A stretch of DNA of 64,000 bases from Polyangiaceae bacterium. Lineage in GTDB: Bacteria; Myxococcota_A; Polyangia; Polyangiales; Polyangiaceae. Shown piece by piece: positions 19,592 through 28,606 of the stretch. The notes beneath the pieces are model-generated. The model had not been told where the DNA came from, did no database searches, and saw nothing but the letters and a program-made list of their open reading frames with translations. Location of the stretch: positions 32,001 to 96,000 of the forward strand of contig JBILLK010000010.1 in the NCBI GenBank assembly GCA_044376115.1, given 5' to 3'. Each line of letters opens with the position of its first letter. The first letter of the stretch is position 1. The position numbers were made by a program, and so were the translations under genes.

Positions 19592-20896
19592 GTGACCATC
19601 ATCAAGAGTTTCGACGTCTCCATTCCTGTCCGCAGACTGCCACCGTTGACCGCTGAGGCGCTCACGCGCGAGTTGGTTGAACTTGGGCTGCAAGTGGTTC
19701 TGCCAGACCAGCTGCGGATCGACGAAGAGCTGCGTTACACGCCGATCCGCATCCTACTGAAGGATGGTCGCGAGATTCGTACCGGGCTGGCCTTGACCTG
19801 GGCCTCGCCGGCCAGCGAGGACGAAGACGAGGACGAACAAGCTGATGAGCTCGAAGAGAATGAAGAGCTCGACGAGGAAGCATCGGACGACGAAGAGGAA
19901 GAGGATGAGGTCGCGAGCGAAGACGAACTAAACGAAGAAGAGCTCGACGACGAGGACGAGGACGAGGACGAAGACGACGAGGACGACGACTCCGATCTGG
20001 ACGACGACGACGAGGACGAAGACGACGAGGACGACGACTCCGATCTGGACGAGGAGGACGAGGGCGCCGACGCTGAGGACGACGCCGATGAAACCCCGAC
20101 CATCGACGGAGAAATTGGAGCGGTCCAGCTTTGGGCCAAGAACGCTCCTCAGCCCACCGACGAGAATGAGGTGCTCGTGGCGCTTTACTTCGCGGCCGCG
20201 ATTGCCCGCTTGGGGGACGGCGAGGTTGTCGTTCACGACTGGGACGGCGGGCCTCGCTCCGCGCAGGAGATCTTGGAGCGGATCGACGGTGAATTCGACG
20301 CTTCGACGCCCGCCTGGAGCGAGTATCCCTACGACTTGTTCTTGGCGGCTGAAGACGGAGATGCCGCCGCGGTCGGACAGGCGCTCGCCGCAGGCGCTGC
20401 AGTCGACGCAATGAACAACCAAGGTGTCACGCCGCTGATGTTGGCGCTCGCCAACGACCGGCCAGCCGCCAGCTGGGAGCTCTTGCGGAACGGCGCCAAT
20501 CCGCGCGCGGTCAACTACTTTGGCAAAGCGGCGGTGGAGTACGCCGATTCGTGCAGCGACGATTGGCTGCGAAGCGAGATTGAACGGCGCGCGACGTTTC
20601 CGCATCACGAGCTGTTCGAGCTGATCGCAGAAGGCGACTCGAACGGCGTGCTCGCCGCGCTCTCGGCGGGCGCCCCCGTGGACGCTGCGACACCTGAAGG
20701 CTTTACCTTGCTGATGGCGGCGGTCAGGGCGGAGGACGAGAACCTGGTGGACGCGCTGTTGCGTCGCGGCGCAGAGGTGAACCGACTCACGTCGAGCGGG
20801 GTTTCAGCGTTGGACGTCGTTCACGCTGTCGACAATGTCGGCCTCAAAAGAATGCTGTTGGCACACGGAGCGGTCAGCGGACACCCTTCGCGCTGA
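19592..20896 (+). CDS. Ankyrin-repeat protein with long Asp/Glu tract
   Basis: GVTPLMLA and GFTLLMAAV...LLRRGAEVN ankyrin motifs; acidic stretch of about 95 aa. Confidence 0.8.
   Translation: MTIIKSFDVSIPVRRLPPLTAEALTRELVELGLQVVLPDQLRIDEELRYTPIRILLKDGREIRTGLALTWASPASEDEDEDEQADELEENEELDEEASDDEEEEDEVASEDELNEEELDDEDEDEDEDDEDDDSDLDDDDEDEDDEDDDSDLDEEDEGADAEDDADETPTIDGEIGAVQLWAKNAPQPTDENEVLVALYFAAAIARLGDGEVVVHDWDGGPRSAQEILERIDGEFDASTPAWSEYPYDLFLAAEDGDAAAVGQALAAGAAVDAMNNQGVTPLMLALANDRPAASWELLRNGANPRAVNYFGKAAVEYADSCSDDWLRSEIERRATFPHHELFELIAEGDSNGVLAALSAGAPVDAATPEGFTLLMAAVRAEDENLVDALLRRGAEVNRLTSSGVSALDVVHAVDNVGLKRMLLAHGAVSGHPSR
19961..20052 (+). repeat. 48-nt-period direct duplication inside the acidic tract
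   Basis: gacgaggacgaagacgacgaggacgacgactccgatctggacga occurs at 19961 and 20009. Confidence 0.85.
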
Positions 20897-20960
20897 CGGT
20901 CGCAGAGCCTGCGCGAGGCATTCTGTTGCTCCGTGGGCCTGCGGTTGTTAAGAGCGCGGG

Positions 20961-22055
20961 ATGACGCTCGAGATCTTCAAGAAGCAACCTCTCGGCGGCG
21001 TGGACCGCCGAGCAATGGTCGGCGCACTCGCGGAGCATGGCACGCGCGTAGCCGTTGAATCCTTGTCCGCCGATCGCAAGCTGGTGACGCCTGCTGCGGG
21101 TGGTCTGGCCAAGGACGCGGTGGTCCTCATCCTCGGGGGTTCCAACGGCATCACCCGCGGCTTGGCCGTTCAGCTGGTCTTCGGGGAGAAGGCCGCCATC
21201 TGCTGTGTTCACCTCGACAGCGAGAAGATGCAGATTGGGCCGCACCACACCAAGGTGCTCGCCGCCGAGGCGGAAAAGAGCGGCGTCTTCGCCAAGTTCT
21301 TCAACGAGGACGCAACCAAGCCGGACACCGTGAAGATGGTGGTCGAGGCGCTCAAGGGCCAGTTCCGCGTCGTGCACCTGATCAACGGGATCGCCGCCGG
21401 CGCAACCAAACGCTACGAAGAGCACGGACCCACGCAAGTGAAAGACGTGGACGTCGCCTTCGACACCGTTCTGCAAACGCCCGACTTCAGCAAGCGCGAG
21501 AACATCCGCAAAGTGGGCCTCGTCGAGGTTGAAGTAGCAACCGCCGTGGACATCGAGCGGACCAACAAATTCATGGGCACCTCCTCGCTGTTGTGGGCGG
21601 AAGCGTTAGCGGAAGCCGGGCTGCTCGTGCGTGACGAGAGCATCGTTTCGTTCTGCGACTACGACTACCCGCCCGATGATCCGGTCTACGCGATGGGGCC
21701 GCTCGCCGGCGCGAAGAAGCTGCAGCGCGAAACGATGAAAGAGATTCGTGAGCGCTTCGGAGCGAAGACGATGCGCCTCTGTTACCCAGCCGTTGCGACC
21801 ACCGCGCTAGGTGCGATCCCCGGCGGACTCTTGATGTTCGGGATGACGGCCGAAATTCTGCTCGAGCGCGGCAAGTTCAAAGGCATCCCCGCCTTGTCTT
21901 CGGAGGTGATGTCGATGTGGGCCAGCAAGGAGCAACACAGTGAGTTGCGCTTGGACGCCGACTATCAGGAAACGTTGCCCGAGTTTTATCGTCGACGTGA
22001 CGCTCTCTCACCAGACACTCTCGCGACAGCCTTTTCGCTGCTGACCAACGGTTGA
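20961..22055 (+). CDS. fabV: FabV-like enoyl-ACP/trans-2-enoyl-CoA reductase
   Basis: LILGGSNG nucleotide-binding motif, Y-x8-K catalytic motif (YAMGPLAGAK), TTALGAIPG, LRLD. Confidence 0.65.
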   Translation: MTLEIFKKQPLGGVDRRAMVGALAEHGTRVAVESLSADRKLVTPAAGGLAKDAVVLILGGSNGITRGLAVQLVFGEKAAICCVHLDSEKMQIGPHHTKVLAAEAEKSGVFAKFFNEDATKPDTVKMVVEALKGQFRVVHLINGIAAGATKRYEEHGPTQVKDVDVAFDTVLQTPDFSKRENIRKVGLVEVEVATAVDIERTNKFMGTSSLLWAEALAEAGLLVRDESIVSFCDYDYPPDDPVYAMGPLAGAKKLQRETMKEIRERFGAKTMRLCYPAVATTALGAIPGGLLMFGMTAEILLERGKFKGIPALSSEVMSMWASKEQHSELRLDADYQETLPEFYRRRDALSPDTLATAFSLLTNG

Positions 22056-22280
22056 CAAGGCGTCGCAAGAAAACTTGCGCCTACGCCGGCGGATGTGATT
22101 TGTTGCGGGCCGTTGGTCGGGGTGCGTGGCTGCGTTTTGTAATCGCCAGCCAACCGTCACAAGATCGCCCTCGACGGCCTTGGTTTTTTGGCACAGGCTA
22201 TGGCTTGTAACTTGGTTGTCTCCGCAGCGTCAAAAGCGCGCGGGGAAGTCGGGCTCCCCGGGGAGCTTCTTGGAGGACTC

Positions 22281-22733
22281 ATGAACGTTAAGCTTTTCGG
22301 TGTGTTGGTTTCGGTTTTCGCACTCGCAGCCTGTGGTGACAGCGGCAGCAGCAGCGGTGGCAGCAACAGCGGCGGCGGCGGCAGCACCACCGACGGCGGC
22401 GGCGGCAGCACCACCGACGGCGGCGGCGGCAGCACCACCGACGGCGGCGGCGGCAGCACCACCGACGGCGGCGGCGGAGCTGGTGGCGGAAACCCCGAGT
22501 GCCCCGGAGCCTGCGCGGCCCTCTACGACTGCGGCGTCGAGGACATGAACTGCATGTTCACCGGTGACCAGGCCGAGAAGGATGCCTTCATCGAGGGTTG
22601 CATCCCCGGCTGCAATGAAAACGCAGTGCTCATCGCTGTGATCGATCCGGCCAACTGCGCGGGAACGATCGCCACGGTCAAGGGCGCCAGCGAAGACTTC
22701 GCTGCCTCTTGCGACAACGGCATCGGCAACTGA
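22281..22733 (+). CDS. Small Gly-linker, Cys-rich lipoprotein
   Basis: GGAGGA RBS, lipobox LAAC, GGGGSTTD repeats, CxxxCxxLYDC helical Cys domain. Confidence 0.8.
   Translation: MNVKLFGVLVSVFALAACGDSGSSSGGSNSGGGGSTTDGGGGSTTDGGGGSTTDGGGGSTTDGGGGAGGGNPECPGACAALYDCGVEDMNCMFTGDQAEKDAFIEGCIPGCNENAVLIAVIDPANCAGTIATVKGASEDFAASCDNGIGN
22371..22477 (+). repeat. Perfect 24-bp tandem repeat x4 (VNTR) encoding GGGGSTTD
   Basis: ggcggcggcggcagcaccaccgac at 22371, 22395, 22419 and 22443, plus a partial fifth copy. Confidence 0.95.
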
Positions 22734-22765
22734 GCTAGCACCGAGCGAGCTTCCGTCTCGTTCGC

Positions 22766-22805
22766 AAACGCGAGCAACCGCAAGGTTGTTCGCGTTTTGC
22801 TTTTC
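22766..22805 (+). terminator. Intrinsic terminator
   Basis: 14-bp stem aaacgcgagcaacc / ggttgttcgcgttt (one G-U pair), GCAA tetraloop, T-rich tail, about 30 nt after the lipoprotein stop. Confidence 0.7.
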
Positions 22806-22871
22806 AGAGCCGCAGGTCCAATTGAACCTTCGACTTGGCAGGAGTCAGCAAACTGAGGCAAAGAGGACGGC

Positions 22872-23636
22872 ATGCGCGCGATCATCATCGGAGCCGGACG
22901 CGGCAGCCGACTCGAGAATCTGACAGACGACGTTCCGAAGACGTTGGTCGAGGTCATGGGACGCCCCATGCTCGATCAAATCTTGGAGGCCCTGCAAAAC
23001 GCCGGCTTTGCACGAAAGGACATCGTCTTTGTCTGCGGCTACAAGCAAGAGGTGGTTCGGGAGCGGTACCCCGAGTTCACCTTCGTCGAGAACCGCGACT
23101 GGGAGTCCAACAACATCTTGCTCTCGCTGATGCACGCGCGTGAGCACTTCGCGGGCGGCTTCGTCGCCAGCTATGCAGACATCGTCTACAGCGGCGACAT
23201 CGCCAAGCGGGTCACTGAGTCGGCGCACGAGATCGCGCTCGGCTGCGACACCGATTGGCGTCGTCGTTACGTTCGGCGCACCCACCACCCCGAAACCGAC
23301 GCAGAGAAGCTCACGGCCGATGGCGAACGTGTCACTCGGCTCTCGCGCAAGATCGTCAGTGAAGAGGCGGCCGGAGAGTTCATCGGCGTGATGAAGGTCG
23401 GCAAGAGCGCCGTTCCGCAGCTGCTCCGCGAGTTTGATGCGTTGGCTGCGCAATATGACGGCAAACAATTCCGTGAGGGGCGCAGCTTCCAAAAAGCCTA
23501 CCTGCTCGACTTCCTGCAAGAGCTCGTTGAACGAGGTCACGCCCTGCATCGCGTGGACACGCACGGCGGCTACATGGAGATCGACACCTTGCAGGATCGT
23601 GCGTTCGCCGCGGATTGGTGGGCGGGCCGGAGCTAG
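22872..23636 (+). CDS. Nucleotidyltransferase (phosphocholine cytidylyltransferase/LicC-like family)
   Basis: MRAIIIGAGRGSRL...PKTL, YADI, GEFIG, MEIDT. Confidence 0.85.
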   Translation: MRAIIIGAGRGSRLENLTDDVPKTLVEVMGRPMLDQILEALQNAGFARKDIVFVCGYKQEVVRERYPEFTFVENRDWESNNILLSLMHAREHFAGGFVASYADIVYSGDIAKRVTESAHEIALGCDTDWRRRYVRRTHHPETDAEKLTADGERVTRLSRKIVSEEAAGEFIGVMKVGKSAVPQLLREFDALAAQYDGKQFREGRSFQKAYLLDFLQELVERGHALHRVDTHGGYMEIDTLQDRAFAADWWAGRS

Positions 23637-23663
23637 GCAAGCAGCGCGCGAAGCCGCGCACGC

Positions 23664-24386
23664 TCAGCTGCCGAACTCGTCGTCCTCTTCTTCTTCATCG
23701 TCGTATGGGCCAACCGGCGGCTCTGGCAGCTTGGCCGCGCGGCTGACTCCGCGGAACACGTAGTCCGCGTAGGCGTACGGCGTCTCCGACCAAACCATCA
23801 AATCGGCGCCCAGGATGCCCATCGGTGCGCCGTCACAAAGCTCCACCACCGAGAGAGCGGGCAACTCCATGCACAGCGGCTCGGAGGCATTTACCTCCTC
23901 GCCAGAGTCTTCGAGCGCGGCCAAGACGCCCGCATGAGACTCGACATCAAGCTCATCCACCGGCAGCAGCGTCCAATCGCACAGCAAGAGCTCAGGAAAG
24001 GGCGGTGACTCAGGATCGCTCTCGAACGGTGCGTGCTCGGCTATCGGCAGCCCCGCTGATTGGAGCGCGACCACCAGCTTGCGTCGGCGCTCAATCGCCT
24101 CGTCCGACGGGCTCCAGAAGGCTGTGAGCACCGCCACCACCTCATCGGCCGTGGCCGAACGCCACAGTCGTGGATCACGGGATCCAAGCTCGAGCCCCTC
24201 TTCTATTCGGCGTTTCTCGAACAGAGCACGGGCAGCGTCGAACTCACGCAGATCCGAGAGAGCCTCATCGACCGACCAGTGAATTCGATGGTCAAACTCT
24301 TTTATATAGCGATGTTTGCCGAGAGCGCGCACCAAGCGAGCAACTTCATCGATCATGCGGGCGGCAAACGTCCAAGCGAGCATCAT
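23664..24386 (-). CDS. Hypothetical protein
   Basis: ATGA overlap with the upstream gene, acidic C-terminus. Start could be 24357. Confidence 0.65.
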   Translation of the reverse strand: MMLAWTFAARMIDEVARLVRALGKHRYIKEFDHRIHWSVDEALSDLREFDAARALFEKRRIEEGLELGSRDPRLWRSATADEVVAVLTAFWSPSDEAIERRRKLVVALQSAGLPIAEHAPFESDPESPPFPELLLCDWTLLPVDELDVESHAGVLAALEDSGEEVNASEPLCMELPALSVVELCDGAPMGILGADLMVWSETPYAYADYVFRGVSRAAKLPEPPVGPYDDEEEEDDEFGS

Positions 24387-24733
24387 GGTAAGCCTCGAAC
24401 TACGCGAAAGGTGCCTTCGAACCAAACAAGTTGTCCATCCGAGCGACGCACGACGCGCGGATAGGCGTAAGCCGACTTCGGCTTGAGGGTTTGCCACTCC
24501 CCTGGCTCCCACGTCCAGCGACGACCGCGGAAGACCCATTGCCCATCGACCCAGACCGGGTTGTCCATTCCCACGGGCGGATCGCCGATGATATCGACGC
24601 GAGCAGGCGGCGGCGGATACGGGACGACCACCGGGGTTGCGCCCTCTTGGGAGGCCACCGGCGGCGTGGGCAACGCTGGGTAACATCCAATCAGGAAGGC
24701 GAAAAAGAGGCTCGCTCTCACGGCTGTACCCAC
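24383..24733 (-). CDS. Small Pro-rich lipoprotein with YXWGXW-like repeats
   Basis: Lipobox LIGC; VWVDGQW, WTWEPGEW, VWFEGTF. Confidence 0.7.
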   Translation of the reverse strand: MGTAVRASLFFAFLIGCYPALPTPPVASQEGATPVVVPYPPPPARVDIIGDPPVGMDNPVWVDGQWVFRGRRWTWEPGEWQTLKPKSAYAYPRVVRRSDGQLVWFEGTFRVVRGLP

Positions 24734-25680
24734 AGGAAAAACGCGTCGCGCAGGGTGTTGCCGAAGAGCAGCAGCTCGAGGCCTGCTAGCCCAATGAACG
24801 GCCCGAACGGCAACGCCGCAAGCATGCCTTCACCCGGCGCTTCAGCGGCCTCATCTTCATCTTTCCACTGCTGCATCGCTTCTTCGCGCTCGTCCTCCGG
24901 AAGCTCCTCGATCTCTTTCAAGATCGCAGCGCGCTCCTCCGCCACGCTCGCCGGCTCCTTCACCTTGCCACCGAGCGCCCAGAACAAGATCAAGAGCACG
25001 GTGCCTTGCACCGCTCCTCCGAGCAGCGCAAATAGAGCTCCCGGCCAGCCAAACCATGCGCCCACGACGCCGAGCAAGACCGAGTCTCCCGAGGCGAAGC
25101 CTGGCCGCCCGCGAAGCAGCTTGTAGATGCCGTTGATCGCGAGACCTGCGCCCAACCCAACGGCGACGCCGATCAAACCATCAACGAAAGACGACTCACG
25201 CAACGAGGCGGTCGCGAGCCCCAACACAGCCAGTGCCGCGTTGGCTTTATCGGGCAACACCGAGAGGTGCTCGAGGTCGATGAAGACCGTTGCAACGAGT
25301 GCCAATGCGAAACAAAGCCCCGCCGAATAGATCGCCAAGGCTCGCCAAATCGAGGTATCCGGATGGGGCAGCGGGAGCACGGTGAGCTCGAGCACCGCCA
25401 ACGACAGGACTCCGCCGATGAGCTCCACCATTGGATAGCGCGGCGACATCTTCGCCCCACAACACGAGGCTCGACCGCGCAGGATCACATACGAGAGCAC
25501 CGGCAGATTGAGCCAGGGCCGAACAGGCTTTGCACACGCCGGACAATGCGAAGGCGGGTACGCCACGCTCATTCCGCGCGGCACACGATAGATGACAACG
25601 TTGAGGAAGCTCCCCCACAAGAGCCCAAACAGGCCGGCGAAGACGCGCAGGAAGGTGGGAGGAAAGTCGAGTAACGTCAC
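24718..25680 (-). CDS. pilD: Prepilin peptidase / N-methyltransferase (A24)
   Basis: GSFLNVVIYRVP, SHCPAC, RYPMVEL, FID, GD, LPFGPF. Start uncertain (25680-25716). Confidence 0.92.
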   Translation of the reverse strand: MTLLDFPPTFLRVFAGLFGLLWGSFLNVVIYRVPRGMSVAYPPSHCPACAKPVRPWLNLPVLSYVILRGRASCCGAKMSPRYPMVELIGGVLSLAVLELTVLPLPHPDTSIWRALAIYSAGLCFALALVATVFIDLEHLSVLPDKANAALAVLGLATASLRESSFVDGLIGVAVGLGAGLAINGIYKLLRGRPGFASGDSVLLGVVGAWFGWPGALFALLGGAVQGTVLLILFWALGGKVKEPASVAEERAAILKEIEELPEDEREEAMQQWKDEDEAAEAPGEGMLAALPFGPFIGLAGLELLLFGNTLRDAFFLWVQP

Positions 25681-25753
25681 GAGCCGTTGCACCGTACCAC
25701 GAGAGATGCTCGGCATTGACCCGCTAGAACCGGTCTGTCATAGCCAAGCGCAC

Positions 25754-26938
25754 GTGCGTAGCCTGGCCACCTCTCTTCTTTTCGCAGTCGCTTGTGGCAA
25801 CGCCGATAGTGGTTCCTCGCCAAGCGCCAGCAGCTCGGCTGCCGCGCCCGGCGCAGGTGCGGTGCTGCAGGCGGCCGAGAATCAGACCGCGACCTCCTCT
25901 TCGGCCAAGGCCGCGCCAGCGGCGAAGCCCGTGGTCGACATTCCCGCCGGGAGCTTCAGCTTTGGCAGCTTGCCTGGGGATCGCGGGCGCAACGCCGCAC
26001 TTGAGCCGGTCGCTGCGCAGGTTGAGGTCTCCGCGTTCGACATCGACCGACTCTACTATCCGAATGAGCCTGGAACCCCTCCGCTCTTGACCGCCTCACG
26101 GGAGAAGGCGGCTGAGCTTTGTAAGAGCCGCGGTCGCAGGCTGTGCACAGAGCTCGAATGGGAGCGCGCTTGCAAAGGCCCCGATGGCAACGAGTATGCA
26201 GGTCAGGGGCTGTGGGACTCGGCCTGCAGCGAGAGGCCTTCCAGCTGCGCGTCGGGCTTTGGCGTACTCGGCCTCGGAAGCTATCGCGAGTGGACGGCGA
26301 GCTCCCGAGAAGGTGAAGGCAAATCCCAAGGCATCATCAAAGGTGCGCCCAAAGGCGGCAGTGATCTCGAGAGGCGATGTGCAGCGCGCAAACCGCTCGA
26401 ATCATCGAACAGCGATGGCAGCGTTGCCTTTCGATGTTGTGGTGGCAGCGCCAATGAGCGGGCCGTTCCCGAGCCAATCGCCAAGCCATCGTTTGAGAAG
26501 ACCGAGCTCGCCCCAGCCGAGCTCGAGCTCATTTTTTCGGCCGTGCCCGAACTCTCGAAGCTGAAGCCTCCGGTCAAATACTTCGAGGAAGAGTCGGCGA
26601 AGAAGGAGGTCGTGCAGCGCGCCAAGGAGCCCGATACGAAGGGCTACGAGCTCATCACGTCACCGCTCATCTGGCGTCCTGAGCGGGGAGAGGAGCTCGT
26701 TTTGGTCACCGGCCAAGCGGGAGAAGACGCGTTCATCCTCGCGCTCCACCGGCTTCCCGAAGGCAAGCACCGCATCGCGAGCAGCCTGATTCTGCGCAAA
26801 GAGCCCGCGCCGGTGGTGCTCGCGTTCGATCGCTCGGTGAGCACCCGCCTCGCGTGGGCGACCTGCTGGCAGTGCCCCTCAGAGTCGGGGAAGATCAGCT
26901 ATCGCGACGACCGGCGCATCATCATTACGCAAGAATGA
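25754..26938 (+). CDS. FGE-sulfatase (SUMF1/EgtB/PvdO)-domain lipoprotein
   Basis: Lipobox AVAC; RLCTELEWERACKG, EWT, AFRCC. Confidence 0.75.
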   Translation: MRSLATSLLFAVACGNADSGSSPSASSSAAAPGAGAVLQAAENQTATSSSAKAAPAAKPVVDIPAGSFSFGSLPGDRGRNAALEPVAAQVEVSAFDIDRLYYPNEPGTPPLLTASREKAAELCKSRGRRLCTELEWERACKGPDGNEYAGQGLWDSACSERPSSCASGFGVLGLGSYREWTASSREGEGKSQGIIKGAPKGGSDLERRCAARKPLESSNSDGSVAFRCCGGSANERAVPEPIAKPSFEKTELAPAELELIFSAVPELSKLKPPVKYFEEESAKKEVVQRAKEPDTKGYELITSPLIWRPERGEELVLVTGQAGEDAFILALHRLPEGKHRIASSLILRKEPAPVVLAFDRSVSTRLAWATCWQCPSESGKISYRDDRRIIITQE

Positions 26939-27857
26939 CGGCGGGCGGGGCCTCGGTCAGCGGGGCTAACGCAAGATCGAGAAACGCGTTGATGCGCTGC
27001 TCAACGGCTTCACGCTGCTCCAACGGGACAGCGTGTGTTCCCTCGAGCATGAGCAGCTCGCCCTTGGGCATGGCCTTCGCCATTTCCTCCGCAAGTCGCG
27101 GCGGAGTGAACGAGTCCCGATCGCTGGCGATCACCAACGCTGGAACCTCCACGTTCGGCAACAGGTCGAGCGCCGAATGATCGCCGGCAAGGCGCAACAT
27201 CTTGAGGAACATCAGCGGATCCATGTCCACCATGTGTTCGAGGTAAGGCAGCAGATCCTCGGGCGACATCCGCTTCGAGTCGACCTCCCCAAGGGCAAAC
27301 GCCATCTTGAGCGCCAGCTCCGGAGGGACACCGCCCCATAGTGCCCGCGTCAAGTACGGGTGCCGCGTTACCAGCTCAATCAAACGAGGGAGCAACTGCG
27401 CGAGTGCATCCGACCCTTTGAAGGTATGGGTCACACGTCCAGGGGCACCACAAATCAACACGATGCCGCGAACCCCAGCCGAGTGCTCACGCAGGCTCTC
27501 GAGCACGACTTGGCAGCCCATCGAATGGCCAAACAGGACAACCTCCGGGTTGCCGAGCGAGGCCCGCACCGCAGCCAAGTCTGCCGCGTGCTGAGCTACC
27601 CCGAGCCGCTCCGGATCCCGCGGTACCTGCGAACGGCCGTGTCCCCGATAGTTCCAATGGGCAACGCTCGTCCGAAGCGCCAGCTGCTCCCAGAGATACT
27701 TCCAGATGAAGCCGTCACAGGCGATCCCATCGCAGAGCACCGAGACGATCTCTGATGGCCCAGCCCTTCGTCGAGTGAAGAGCTGGGTCCCGTCGTCAGC
27801 GGCAACGATGACGTCGCGAGGCTCAGTCTCCAGCGTCGTCGTCGTCGGCAACGTCAT
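26925..27857 (-). CDS. Alpha/beta-fold hydrolase
   Basis: YRGHG, GHSMG nucleophile elbow, Asp (DSFTP) and His (GTH). Confidence 0.88.
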   Translation of the reverse strand: MTLPTTTTLETEPRDVIVAADDGTQLFTRRRAGPSEIVSVLCDGIACDGFIWKYLWEQLALRTSVAHWNYRGHGRSQVPRDPERLGVAQHAADLAAVRASLGNPEVVLFGHSMGCQVVLESLREHSAGVRGIVLICGAPGRVTHTFKGSDALAQLLPRLIELVTRHPYLTRALWGGVPPELALKMAFALGEVDSKRMSPEDLLPYLEHMVDMDPLMFLKMLRLAGDHSALDLLPNVEVPALVIASDRDSFTPPRLAEEMAKAMPKGELLMLEGTHAVPLEQREAVEQRINAFLDLALAPLTEAPPAVILA

Positions 27858-28044
27858 TGACGCTGGGGAGCTTTTTGATCTCGAGGCGCGCAAGCTTCCA
27901 AGCCCGCTGCACAACCCAGGATAGCGAACGGTCCAGACGAGCTGCCTCGTCCTTGATCTCCTGAAGCATAGACTCTGGGAAGTAGAGACTCTGCTTCCTC
28001 TTGTCCGTCTTCGACGCTTCCGAACTTCGGTCTTTGTCGTTCAT
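27823..28044 (-). CDS. Small myxobacterial TIGR04563-like (ribbon-helix-helix-like) protein
   Basis: DKRKQSLYFPESMLQEIKDEAARLDRSLSWVVQRAWK is the recognisable family signature. Confidence 0.85.
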   Translation of the reverse strand: MNDKDRSSEASKTDKRKQSLYFPESMLQEIKDEAARLDRSLSWVVQRAWKLARLEIKKLPSVNDVADDDDAGD

Positions 28045-28155
28045 AGCCAGAAGAAGAACTACACGAGCCAATGAATAAACTCCAGCGTAGTGTTCCGACA
28101 CACGAAGTAGTACCCGTGTCTAAGGTTCCGCCGAAGCTGCGCAGTAAACGCGTGT

Positions 28156-28539
28156 CTAAGGTTTGAGGCTGCGCTTGCGATCGAGTTGGCTTCGCACCTG
28201 TTCCACCAACACTCGCAGTGGCACGGGCTTCGTGAACTGGAACACGGCCCCTCGTTTGAGCGCGCTCATCCGCATCTCGTCGCTCTGATCGGCGGTTACC
28301 ACAAACACAGCCGTACCCGCGTGTTTGCCCTCCGAGAAGGCTTTGTCGAGCACGTCCAGGCCCCCCATGCCGGGCATCCGTAGATCCAGGATCACAGCGT
28401 CGAAGGACCGGACGGCCAGCATGGCTACGGCTGCCAAACCGCTCTCGGCGACTTGAACTTCGCCGAGCTGCCCGAGCGCTGTGGCATAAAGTCGGGCGAT
28501 CGCCGCATCGTCATCGACCACGAGAATGGACTTCGTCAT
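28156..28539 (-). CDS. Single-domain response regulator
   Basis: ILVVDD, ILDLRMP, VTA, KP. Confidence 0.9.
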   Translation of the reverse strand: MTKSILVVDDDAAIARLYATALGQLGEVQVAESGLAAVAMLAVRSFDAVILDLRMPGMGGLDVLDKAFSEGKHAGTAVFVVTADQSDEMRMSALKRGAVFQFTKPVPLRVLVEQVRSQLDRKRSLKP

Positions 28540-28606
28540 GCGGGCGAATCAACGATACCCCGCTCCAACCACCCCCGCCAACTTCTCACGAGACTACCGG
28601 CTACCC

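Noticed and set aside
22189..22205. TGGCAC...GC as a sigma-54 promoter for the small lipoprotein
   Set aside because: GG-to-GC spacing is off by one and the TTGC element is absent.
22371..22477. 24-bp repeats as a CRISPR array
   Set aside because: Head-to-tail with no spacers, in frame within a lipoprotein gene, and no cas genes in the window.
24383..24733. Trp-rich small protein as another RiPP precursor
   Set aside because: It fits the common YXWGXW-repeat lipoproteins, has no YG motif, and no maturase is adjacent.
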